Made by a program: the position numbers and the translations under genes. A stretch of DNA of 45,222 bases from Candidatus Nomurabacteria bacterium (lineage in GTDB: Bacteria; Patescibacteriota; Minisyncoccia; Phycocordibacterales; UBA918), in assembly GCA_023898525.1 (NCBI GenBank), contig CP060227.1, forward strand, positions 776,440-821,661, written 5' to 3'. Numbering within the stretch: position 1 is the stretch's first letter; each line of letters starts with the position of its first letter. Shown here piece after piece: positions 36,274 to 43,695 of the stretch. The notes beneath the pieces were generated by a model. That model was not told the origin of the DNA. It worked only from the letters and a program-made list of their open reading frames with translations, and searched no databases.

Positions 36274-36516
36274 ATGGAAGATGAAAATCAGTCAGAGGAA
36301 GATTTGGTGGTAAAAGACAGTAACGGAAATATTCTCCGTAATGGTGATACTGTTTTGGTTATCAAAGATTTAAAAGTAAAGGGTAGCTCCACTGGGCTTA
36401 AGCGCGGAACAAAAGTTAAAAACATCCGGCTGACGGATGAGGAGGAAGGGGTTACTGGAAAGATTGAAGGAATGAAAGGAATTCATATTCGCGCGGAGTT
36501 TGTGAAGAAGGCTTAG
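36274..36516 (+). CDS. PhnA-family protein (C-terminal domain only)
   Basis: Matches the PhnA C-terminal domain pattern: DSNGNILRNGDTVLVIKDLKVKGSSTGLKRGTKVKNIRL...I..K..GM.GI.IRAEFVKK. Confidence 0.75.
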   Translation: MEDENQSEEDLVVKDSNGNILRNGDTVLVIKDLKVKGSSTGLKRGTKVKNIRLTDEEEGVTGKIEGMKGIHIRAEFVKKA

Positions 36517-36547
36517 GTATTAATATTAAGATAAGAAGATAAAGTAT

Positions 36548-36583
36548 AAGCCCGTTTCGTGGAATCAACCACGAAACGGGCTT
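36548..36583 (+). terminator. terminator hairpin after the phnA-like gene
   Basis: AAGCCCGTTTCGTGG aatcaa CCACGAAACGGGCTT (15-bp stem). Confidence 0.7.
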
Positions 36584-36618
36584 ATGAATTAAATGCTTGC
36601 TTTAAGTAGGTGATTTGA

Positions 36619-36688
36619 AAATTGTGGCTGACCCCATTTACTGACTGACCCCATTTACACCCATTTACATTTACTTGACCCCATTTAC
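36619..36688 (+). repeat. cluster of TGACCCCATTTAC repeats including the 22-nt core (locus 2 of 3)
   Basis: Core AAATTGTGGCTGACCCCATTTA at 36619-36640. TGACCCCATTTAC at 36629, 36646 and 36676, with degenerate ACCCATTTAC and ATTTAC units between them. Confidence 0.9.
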
Positions 36689-36846
36689 TGCCACTGCAAT
36701 ATTTAACAGTGGTGGTTTTTTTGTGTGTGGAAGGGTAGTGGTAGATTGTATTAACCTTGGTTAAAATATTGGACTTTGTTATATGAAACTAGTACTATCG
36801 GAGCTAGAAAGTCATATTCATAAATCTAGAAAGGGAGAATAATATC

Positions 36847-37613
36847 ATGTATATTCCGTACATTGGCATTACTGACTTTACAACTTTTGAGCAGGTAGAG
36901 CGTATGCTCGCGGTATTTAAGGAGAATCGAGAATCAGGAAAAATCGGCGACTTCATGTTGGTGTAATGATGAGCTATAAGACACTCCATGGACTAGAAAC
37001 TAAATGGACTCAAGCATTTCCTCCCAAAGAGAAAATTGCAGAAATCTTTAGTTCACAAGAGACAACGAATTGTTTGCATTACGCTGACTACGACGCAATT
37101 CTTGTGTCTCAAAACCTTTGTGCAGCAATTGGTTATGGTGGCAATGGAATCAATGCTTTGCAACTCGATATGGTCTGGCCTAATCCGGAAGATATCGCAA
37201 ATGCGATTAAAGTTTCAGGTAAGCAATTGGAGGTTATTCTCCAGGTAGGCAAGAGTGCTATCGAGCAAGCTAAGGACAATCCTCAAGAAATTGTTTCTAG
37301 AATTCGGGATTACGCTGGCATTATTCATCACGTTCTTCTCGATAAGAGTATGGGGAAAGGTCTTGGTATGGATGCAGTAGGTCTCATGCCGTTCGCTCAG
37401 GCTATTAGTAGGGAGTTTCCCGATCTGGGAATCGTTGCCGCGGGTGGACTTGGTCCAGAAAGTATTGGACTTGTTGAACCGTTGGTTAAAGAATTTCCCA
37501 ATATCTCGATCGATGCACAAGGTAGACTTCGCCCAAGTGGCAGTGCCCTTGATCCAGTCGACTGGGATATGGCCGAGAAGTATCTCATTGAAGCTTTGAA
37601 GCTCTTAAGGTAA
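36847..37613 (+). pseudogene. TrpF-like (phosphoribosylanthranilate isomerase fold) TIM-barrel gene with a frameshift in an A5 run
   Basis: AGGGAGA RBS and ATG at 36847, encoding 39 codons to a TAA at 36964. The protein continues in the -1 frame, which is open from 36921 (..NRRLHVGVMMSYKTL). The switch point is plausibly GGAAAAATC at 36937-36945. Motifs QLDMVWPNPEDI, LLDKSMGKGLGMD, VAAGGLGPESI, ISIDAQGRLRPSG. Confidence 0.5.
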
Positions 37614-37620
37614 AAAGAAG

Positions 37621-37661
37621 CCCGTTACTGAAATGTCTAACAGTAACGGGTTTTTGTTTTT
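37621..37661 (+). terminator. intrinsic terminator after the TrpF-like gene
   Basis: CCCGTTACTG aaatgtctaa CAGTAACGGG followed by TTTTTGTTTTT. Confidence 0.85.
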
Positions 37662-37677
37662 GGGTGGGGTAGAGTGA

Positions 37678-37699
37678 AAATGGTGACTGACCCCATTTA
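37678..37699 (+). repeat. 22-nt core repeat (locus 3 of 3), at the truncation point of the recombinase gene
   Basis: AAATGGTGACTGACCCCATTTA. It has 16 nt (TGACTGACCCCATTTA) identical to 36642-36657. Confidence 0.9.
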
Positions 37700-38107
37700 T
37701 GTCAGGAATTGTTTGAAAAGACAAAAGCGCAACTTAAGCGTGACCAGATCGTGCGAGAAACAAAGGAGTTCGCTTTCACAAAACTGTTTACCTGCGGTCA
37801 CTGCGGGTCGGGCATCTCGGCTGAAGAGAAGTGGAAAAAACTTAAAGATGGCGGAGCTAACAGATATATCTACTACTCCTGCTCAAGAGCAAGGGACAGA
37901 AACTGCAAAAACAAATATATACGTGAAGAAGACCTAATCACTGAACTACTAAAGATACTCGACAAAGTAGACATCAACGAGTTAGGGATGAGGAAAAAGC
38001 TGGAGGACGAGATTGCGAGATTTAATATATTTCAACGCTCAGTGTTGGGAGCCACTGAAAAGATAAAGACTGACACCGAGACCGATATCCGTAATTACGC
38101 TAAATGA

Positions 38108-38656
38108 ACTACCCCGATGACAAGCATGCGGGGTATCGGCGTTGGACTAGGTAGTAAACAGTGAAGTCTGAACTGGTGCGGAGTGTAGCTGTTGGTATTC
38201 GGGATAACCTTGGTTTTTAACGTAATTGGTAATAATATCCATACTGGCATTACCCACTGTATTTGCATAATAACCTTCAGTCCAGAACTTTCCTCCCCAG
38301 AGTTTTATTTTTAGTTCAGGGTGGATTTTAAAGAGATGATTGGAGGTGATGCTTTTTATTTTCTTTACCGTATCAGAGAAACGTATGTTTGGAATTGTTT
38401 GTATTAAAAAGTGTACATGATCTTCGTCTATTCCTATTTCAAGAAAGTATATCTCGTAAGCTGGACCAAATTCCAAACATAAGTTTTTAAATGTTTTTGA
38501 TATTGGTGGTGTAAATACATCTCTTCTGTATTTTACTGGGCATACCAGATGATAGATGAACAGAGTTTTGTTGTGTGGTTTTTTGATATGTTGTGGTTTA
38601 CCTTTCATTACTGTTTAGTATGACAATGTTTCCCCCGATGACAAGCATGCGGGGTA
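38108..38656 (-). mobile_element. IS200/IS605-family element (tnpA only)
   Basis: A Y1 transposase ORF flanked by identical 24-nt sequences CCCCGATGACAAGCATGCGGGGTA at 38112-38135 and 38633-38656. Each can form a CCCCG/CGGGG hairpin. The exact ends are uncertain. Confidence 0.75.
38147..38608 (-). CDS. tnpA: IS200-type Y1 (HUH) transposase TnpA
   Basis: 153 aa with the HUH motif DHVHFLIQ and a C-terminal YANTVG region carrying the catalytic Tyr. Typical size for this family. Confidence 0.85.
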   Translation of the reverse strand: MKGKPQHIKKPHNKTLFIYHLVCPVKYRRDVFTPPISKTFKNLCLEFGPAYEIYFLEIGIDEDHVHFLIQTIPNIRFSDTVKKIKSITSNHLFKIHPELKIKLWGGKFWTEGYYANTVGNASMDIITNYVKNQGYPEYQQLHSAPVQTSLFTT

Positions 38657-38854
38657 AAGATGGAATATATTTTGAAAGAGGGTTCAACTGTTGAAAAGCG
38701 GGAGCTACTGGCAAACCTCAGATCGAGGATTGAATACAAAGATAAAACTTTGAAACTCATACTGGAATAGCGGTTCTAAAATTATTCTTCTAAAACATGT
38801 TAAAATAAGGACAATCTAGCAATTGTAGACTGAGATTGTGATGTGATTTTAGAT

Positions 38855-40525
38855 ATGTCTTCAAAAAATGTAAAAGCAAAACAACAATTATTGCCATGGA
38901 CAAATGGCGAGCTAGAAGCTCTTTTAAGAGAGCTGATTTCCCACGGCTCTGAAGTTTCAAAAGTCGATTTTAAATTAGATCTAGAAACAAAGACTGCAGA
39001 ACAGAAGGCTGAACTACTTAAAGATATTACCGCTATAGCCAATACGTATGACGACCATAATTATAACGATTACGGTTTTTTAGTTTATGGCGTTCAATCT
39101 AAAACTATAGTGGGAGTTACTAATACCGAAACAGACGCGGACAAGCTGCAGAATACTATAGAACAAATATTGAAAAGTTACATATCGCCAATGCCACAAG
39201 TGTATGTAACTAGTTTCGCTACTACTGATGGAAAAAATTGGGGTGCCGTGATTATACCGCCACGAAATACTAAGCCGCACATGTTTTTTAAAGATTTGTC
39301 ATGTGCCTCTAATCAAACTAAGACAAGAAAACGAGGCGAATGGTTTATTCGTCGGGGCTCAACAACTGACCCTGGTTTTCCAGAAGATTTAGCATTGATA
39401 ATGCAAAGACAGTTTGAACTCAAGCTCGATCCCTTAAGAGAGAGTATTAAAAGTTTACAGATAAGACTAGGAAAAACTGAAGAGCAATATAATAGTGCAT
39501 TATTTAAATTAGTTGAGAGGGCGTTAAAGTCACTCCCTGAGGTCAAAGATGCGGATGCAGATATAACATCAGACCTTGGTGAGGCGCTTGGTATGGACTT
39601 ACCGAGCAGATTAAAGCAAAAGCTTCGTACTCCCAAAAATGCAATAGCAGATGATCTTATTGCAGAAGTAAAATCAATTAAGGATTATATTGAGGGGGCA
39701 AATACTAATTTAACCTGGACCCCACAACTTAATAATCCTGAAGCAAATAAAAAAATCATAGAGGAGCTGGAGTATAAAGTTAGATCCCTTCAAATTGCAA
39801 TTGCAACTATTGTATTAAAGGATGATAAGGAGATCTACACCGATGCACTACTTAAATCGATTAAGTTACTAGCTAGAGAAATAGAGATACCTTCAGGAAC
39901 ACAATATAACCGTATTGGCGAAGCCCTTCGATACTACCCACTTTGTATTATCTTATATACGATCTTTGTATGTGGAGTTTGTTCAAATAGAGGTGCGTTG
40001 CTCCGAAAAGTTTTAGATATTCCTATTAAACATCGTGATAGAAACATCGTAGTTCCCATAACAGACGTTTACTTTTATACATACGAAGTAAAGAAGCTTA
40101 TTAATGACGCCTTTTCCCAACGTTGGTGTGAACCAGTAGCAGTTCGAATGCGACAGCTAATAACCGATAATATTGGGGACATGTTAACTGACTCTTCAGA
40201 GCTAGAGTATTTTTTCAAAGGCGAATTTGTCTTAGCCTTAACCAATATAGAAAAATGTATGAGTCGAGGTGAACAAGCTGAACATAGAGTTCCTTTGGGC
40301 GGACTCTACCTTTATCTTCATGAAGCAAATGATCCAATTGTTGATCTACTTCAAGAATTGCCGGACTGGTTAACAAAATTCTATAAATACCCGTTGAATG
40401 AAATATTAGACATGTTTGATAGAAATAGTCATAAAATGTCTGAAGCTGGATGTTTCGCAACTGGCATGCACGGAATAAAAACAGTTGATATATATCAGGC
40501 ATCCCTAAAAAAGAAAGCTGCTTAG
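38855..40525 (+). CDS. Schlafen/AlbA_2-like N-terminal domain protein with a large uncharacterised C-terminal region
   Basis: N terminus: ELISHGSEVSKVDFKLDL....AELLKDITAIANTYD...GFLVYGV...GAVIIPPRNTKPHMF resembles the AlbA_2 pattern (E..EFK ... AfAN..GG.l.iGV ... P). The remaining ~350 aa are helical/coiled with one hydrophobic stretch. ATG at 38855. Confidence 0.5.
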   Translation: MSSKNVKAKQQLLPWTNGELEALLRELISHGSEVSKVDFKLDLETKTAEQKAELLKDITAIANTYDDHNYNDYGFLVYGVQSKTIVGVTNTETDADKLQNTIEQILKSYISPMPQVYVTSFATTDGKNWGAVIIPPRNTKPHMFFKDLSCASNQTKTRKRGEWFIRRGSTTDPGFPEDLALIMQRQFELKLDPLRESIKSLQIRLGKTEEQYNSALFKLVERALKSLPEVKDADADITSDLGEALGMDLPSRLKQKLRTPKNAIADDLIAEVKSIKDYIEGANTNLTWTPQLNNPEANKKIIEELEYKVRSLQIAIATIVLKDDKEIYTDALLKSIKLLAREIEIPSGTQYNRIGEALRYYPLCIILYTIFVCGVCSNRGALLRKVLDIPIKHRDRNIVVPITDVYFYTYEVKKLINDAFSQRWCEPVAVRMRQLITDNIGDMLTDSSELEYFFKGEFVLALTNIEKCMSRGEQAEHRVPLGGLYLYLHEANDPIVDLLQELPDWLTKFYKYPLNEILDMFDRNSHKMSEAGCFATGMHGIKTVDIYQASLKKKAA

Positions 40526-40571
40526 TTAAATTAAAAATCAACCCTACAAAATGGGTTGATTTTTAATTTAA
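40526..40571 (+). terminator. terminator (19-bp AT-rich stem)
   Basis: TTAAATTAAAAATCAACCC tacaaaat GGGTTGATTTTTAATTTAA. Confidence 0.7.
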
Positions 40572-40608
40572 CTAGATGTATTCGGGTCACTCCGATACTT
40601 AGTTATCT

Positions 40609-40698
40609 TGGCGGAGACGCAGGGATTCGAACCCTGGAGGGCTTTGACACCCTACTTCGTTAGCAGTGAAGCGCTTTCGACCACTCAGCCACGTCTCC
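40609..40698 (-). tRNA. tRNA-Ser, anticodon GCU (type II, long variable arm, CCA encoded)
   Basis: Manual fold: GGAGACG acceptor, D arm GCUGAGUGGUCGAAAGC, anticodon loop CUGCUAA, variable arm AGGGUGUCAAAGCCCU, T arm CAGGG-UUCGAAU-CCCUG, then CGUCUCC-G-CCA. Confidence 0.9.
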
Positions 40699-40794
40699 GT
40701 AATATTTTATTGTTTTGTAACTCTTTTACAACCTGAAGAGCGTTTGAGTATTAATCATTAATTCGTAATGGTCGCTATTCAGCTCCTTTCTTCA

Positions 40795-40823
40795 TTGAAC
40801 ACTCAGCCACGTCTCCGTAATAT
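40795..40823 (-). repeat. partial copy of the tRNA-Ser 5' end plus proximal upstream sequence (copy 2)
   Basis: TTGAACACTCAGCCACGTCTCCGTAATAT compared with 40677-40705 TCGACCACTCAGCCACGTCTCCGTAATAT. Confidence 0.9.
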
Positions 40824-40924
40824 GTTTGGACATGACTTCGTTCCACTCCCGATTATCTCGCTCTCGCATCGATAATTCGTTCTAGCGAACGACTGGATGA
40901 AATCTAAAGCAGTTTAGATTTCAT

Positions 40925-40967
40925 AGCCACGTCTCCGTAATATTCTATTGTTCTGTAACTCTTTTAC
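40925..40967 (-). repeat. partial copy of the tRNA-Ser 5' end plus ~31 nt of upstream promoter-region sequence (copy 3)
   Basis: AGCCACGTCTCCGTAATATTCTATTGTTCTGTAACTCTTTTAC matches 40687-40729 with 2 mismatches. Confidence 0.9.
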
Positions 40968-41048
40968 CTCTGTAAATATTTGGTCCTATCACTAGAACGT
41001 GGCCATAAGATAACATATTTTCGTTATCTGCGAAATGGGTGGTTTGGT

Positions 41049-41089
41049 GATCAGACGCCCCGCCAGCGAAGCTGGCGGGGCGTCTGATC
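41049..41089. terminator. GC-rich 19-bp hairpin directly after the comF stop
   Basis: GATCAGACGCCCCGCCAGC gaa GCTGGCGGGGCGTCTGATC. No T run follows on the minus strand. Confidence 0.55.
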
Positions 41090-41701
41090 TTAATGGGCCA
41101 ATGCCACACAAATCAGTTCACAATCTTTTGGCAATTTTGGTCGCAAGGTCAGATAGGCGGATTTCATAGTGGCTCCAGTGGTGATTACATCATCTACCAA
41201 AATGACGCGACAACCGGAAAATTTAAAATCACTGTCTTTGTAGGAAAAGGCACCAATTAAGTTTTTCAAACGTTGCTGGCGGCTCAGTTTGGTTTGGGGT
41301 AGGGTATCACGGGTTTTGGTTAATAGTTTTTTTACTAAAATCAAATCGCCTTTTCTGCAGTAATCAACTATGCGGGTTAGTTGGTTGTAGCCACGACTTT
41401 TTTCGCGCTCGTGACTAAGTGGAATCGGTACTAAGATCGTCTTTTTAGTCGGCAAAGAAGTTATGTACTTGGTAAGGGTAGCAGCCAAAAGTCTGGCGGC
41501 TGGCTTATGGTTGTGAAATTTGTTGGCAGTGATAGCTGCTTTAACAAGCGGAAATTGGTATTTGGTCAAGGTAATACAGTTGGCGAAGGTCCCCTGGTCG
41601 TAAAATTGTAGGAATTGCTCAGTTGAAACATTTTTAATGTCCAAAACAGATTTTGGTTCCGGTAAGATCAAATCCAATATTTTAGAAAAAATATTCAACA
41701 T
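41090..41701 (-). CDS. comF: ComF-family phosphoribosyltransferase-domain protein
   Basis: The PRTase motif VILVDDVITTGATM near the C terminus, and RGYNQ upstream of it. 203 aa. Confidence 0.8.
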   Translation of the reverse strand: MLNIFSKILDLILPEPKSVLDIKNVSTEQFLQFYDQGTFANCITLTKYQFPLVKAAITANKFHNHKPAARLLAATLTKYITSLPTKKTILVPIPLSHEREKSRGYNQLTRIVDYCRKGDLILVKKLLTKTRDTLPQTKLSRQQRLKNLIGAFSYKDSDFKFSGCRVILVDDVITTGATMKSAYLTLRPKLPKDCELICVALAH

Positions 41702-41754
41702 ACAATGAATAGTATACGATACAAACGTGTTAGAATAATTTAGATAATAGGCAT

Positions 41755-42831
41755 ATGAAACTTCTAAATCTTTTCAGCGATGTAACAGCCAAAAGCAGTG
41801 ACTCTGATCGTGTGGTCGGTATTGATATCGGTTCATCATCAATCAAGGTGGTGGAAGTGCAAGAAAAGGGAGGGATACTGACACTCACCACTTATGGTGA
41901 GTTGCAGCTTGGTCCATATGCTAATCAAGAAATCGGCCAATCAGTGACTCTTGATGCCAAGAAGGAACAACAGGCCCTAGTTGATGTACTTCGTGAATCT
42001 GCGGTTAAAGCTAAGAGTGCTGTCTTCTCAATGCCGCTGGCTTCTAGTTTTGTTACTATGATTAATTTAGAAGCGGAACCAAAAGAGGACATATCAGCTA
42101 AGATTAGGGTTGAAGCTCGCAAATATATACCAGTACCAATTGGTGAAGTGACTCTAGACTGGGCGGAGCTTGAGGGTGATAAAGAAGCTGACGACAATGA
42201 GCGCAGTGTCTTGGTGGCGGCAATTCAGAATCAGGCTTTGCAGCGCTTTAATACGCTAATGAAATTTGCCAATCTTAAAGAACCACCAACTGAGATTGAG
42301 TGCTTCAGCTCAATTCGCGGAGTTTATCGGGAAGAAGAATCTGATATCGCTATCATTGACATCGGAGCAGTATCAACCAAGCTTTATATTGCAAAAAAAG
42401 GACTCCTACAGCGCATGCATCGTGTTAGAGCAGGGGGAGTAATTGCCACAAAGCGAATTGCTAGTCTGCTCGAATTATCTTTTGAAGAAGCCGAATTAAA
42501 AAAGCGTACCATCACTAAAGATGATCCTGATTTTCGTGAGGTTGAGCGAGCTCATCACAGTTCGTACGACAGGACTTGGCAGGAATTTAGACAGGTAATA
42601 AAAGAGTACGAAGATACAACTGGATCTAAGGTGGATACAGTTTACCTCTCTGGTGGTGGTGCAATTTTTCCAACCACCAAAATTATGATTCAAGACACAA
42701 TGAGAAGAGATGTCTTGGCAGTTAATACTTTTAGCAAGGTTGCTTATCCGGCTTTTATGGAAGATATGGTTTTTGAGTTGGGTCCAACTTTCCACGTTGC
42801 TCTAGGGGCAGCCTTACGGGTTTTTGAATAA
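41755..42831 (+). CDS. pilM: type IV pilus assembly ATPase-like protein PilM
   Basis: Actin-like fold motifs VGIDIGSSSIKVVEV and IIDIGAVSTKLYI, plus YLSGGGA. Confidence 0.85.
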   Translation: MKLLNLFSDVTAKSSDSDRVVGIDIGSSSIKVVEVQEKGGILTLTTYGELQLGPYANQEIGQSVTLDAKKEQQALVDVLRESAVKAKSAVFSMPLASSFVTMINLEAEPKEDISAKIRVEARKYIPVPIGEVTLDWAELEGDKEADDNERSVLVAAIQNQALQRFNTLMKFANLKEPPTEIECFSSIRGVYREEESDIAIIDIGAVSTKLYIAKKGLLQRMHRVRAGGVIATKRIASLLELSFEEAELKKRTITKDDPDFREVERAHHSSYDRTWQEFRQVIKEYEDTTGSKVDTVYLSGGGAIFPTTKIMIQDTMRRDVLAVNTFSKVAYPAFMEDMVFELGPTFHVALGAALRVFE

Positions 42832-42948
42832 GTTTCTTTTGAAGCCGCGCATCCACATTGACTTTTGAAAGAAGTCTATAAAGTTTCTGTTTAGAGTTCT
42901 TCACAGGCCAAAGTCGCCTGCTGTCAAGAAACCAAGTATAATCTTTGT

Positions 42949-43695
42949 ATGCCAGGATCATCTAACACATCGTTCATTCCTAAACGCAACCCGATTAAAG
43001 ACAAGAGACGAAATGCTCCACGACCAGTTTTTATCGGGACACTCATAATTCGTATTTTCTTTTTCGCAATACTATTGTCGGCTGTAGGCGTATATGCTTA
43101 TGAACGGTCATTGAATAATGAATACAATGCAGAGGTTAAAGCCTTAAATGATGCCATAGCTTCTTTCAATGACGAGAGTATGCAACAGGTGCTCGACATT
43201 GATAATCGACTATATCAAGCTCAGACAAGGATTTCTAATACAGCTTCAATCGCTACCATCTTTAGTGCTCTAGAAGCTGCTACCTTAAAATCTGTAAGGA
43301 TCCAGAGTCTAAACTTAAAGCGGGTAGATGATAAACATATTACCATTGAATCACATATGGAGACTGATAGCTTTGATTCTGTTTTGTTCCAAAGGCATGT
43401 ACTGGAAAATGACGATAAGTTGGTTATTTCTAAGATTGAAGACTTGGGCATAGTTAACAACACTAATGGTGAATCTGGTAGCTCAAAAAAGAATACGCCA
43501 CTCAACGTAGCTTTTATAGCTGATGTTGAAGTGGATACATCTTTGGTTCCGCATCAGCCACTATCTTCTAGATTAAATATACCAACCGTAGGCACCTCTA
43601 GTTTACCGGCAGATACTGGTACTAGCTCAATACCGACCACTCAGGGTGCAGATTCTTCGGAAGAGGTTGAGGTAACTAATCAAGAAAGTATATGA
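42949..43695 (+). CDS. PilN-like bitopic pilus assembly protein
   Basis: Basic N terminus, a single TM, then a coiled coil. Sits between pilM and the pilO-like gene. Ser/Thr-rich C terminus. Confidence 0.55.
   Translation: MPGSSNTSFIPKRNPIKDKRRNAPRPVFIGTLIIRIFFFAILLSAVGVYAYERSLNNEYNAEVKALNDAIASFNDESMQQVLDIDNRLYQAQTRISNTASIATIFSALEAATLKSVRIQSLNLKRVDDKHITIESHMETDSFDSVLFQRHVLENDDKLVISKIEDLGIVNNTNGESGSSKKNTPLNVAFIADVEVDTSLVPHQPLSSRLNIPTVGTSSLPADTGTSSIPTTQGADSSEEVEVTNQESI

Larger units (their letters stand above)
37703..38770 (+). pseudogene. large serine recombinase remnant: N-terminal catalytic domain missing, C-terminal part split by an IS200-type insertion
   Basis: Zinc beta-ribbon FTCGHCGSGISAEEKWKK...YYSCSRARDRNCKNKYIREEDL. 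The frame stops at 38105 after ..DIRNYAK. The tail MEYILKEGSTVEKRELLANLRSRIEYKDKTLKLILE at 38660-38770 is in the same frame (offset 951 = 3 x 317). There is no resolvase domain upstream. Confidence 0.7.

Noticed and set aside
36804-36989. 61-aa minus-strand ORF
   Set aside because: It overlaps the RBS and 5' coding region of the TrpF-like gene on the opposite strand.
8790-37699. Inverted 22-nt cores at 8790 and 36619/37678 as ends of a 28-kb mobile element or inversion that would reunite the recombinase halves
   Set aside because: The interval holds core housekeeping genes (ssrA, smpB, ftsH, recG). I found no resolvase-domain coding sequence next to 8812 on either strand, so an inversion does not restore the gene.
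40677-40967. Three spaced direct repeats as a mini CRISPR array
   Set aside because: The repeats have unequal length (29 to 43 nt), derive from the tRNA-Ser 5' end and promoter, and are separated by about 90-100 nt. There are no cas genes.
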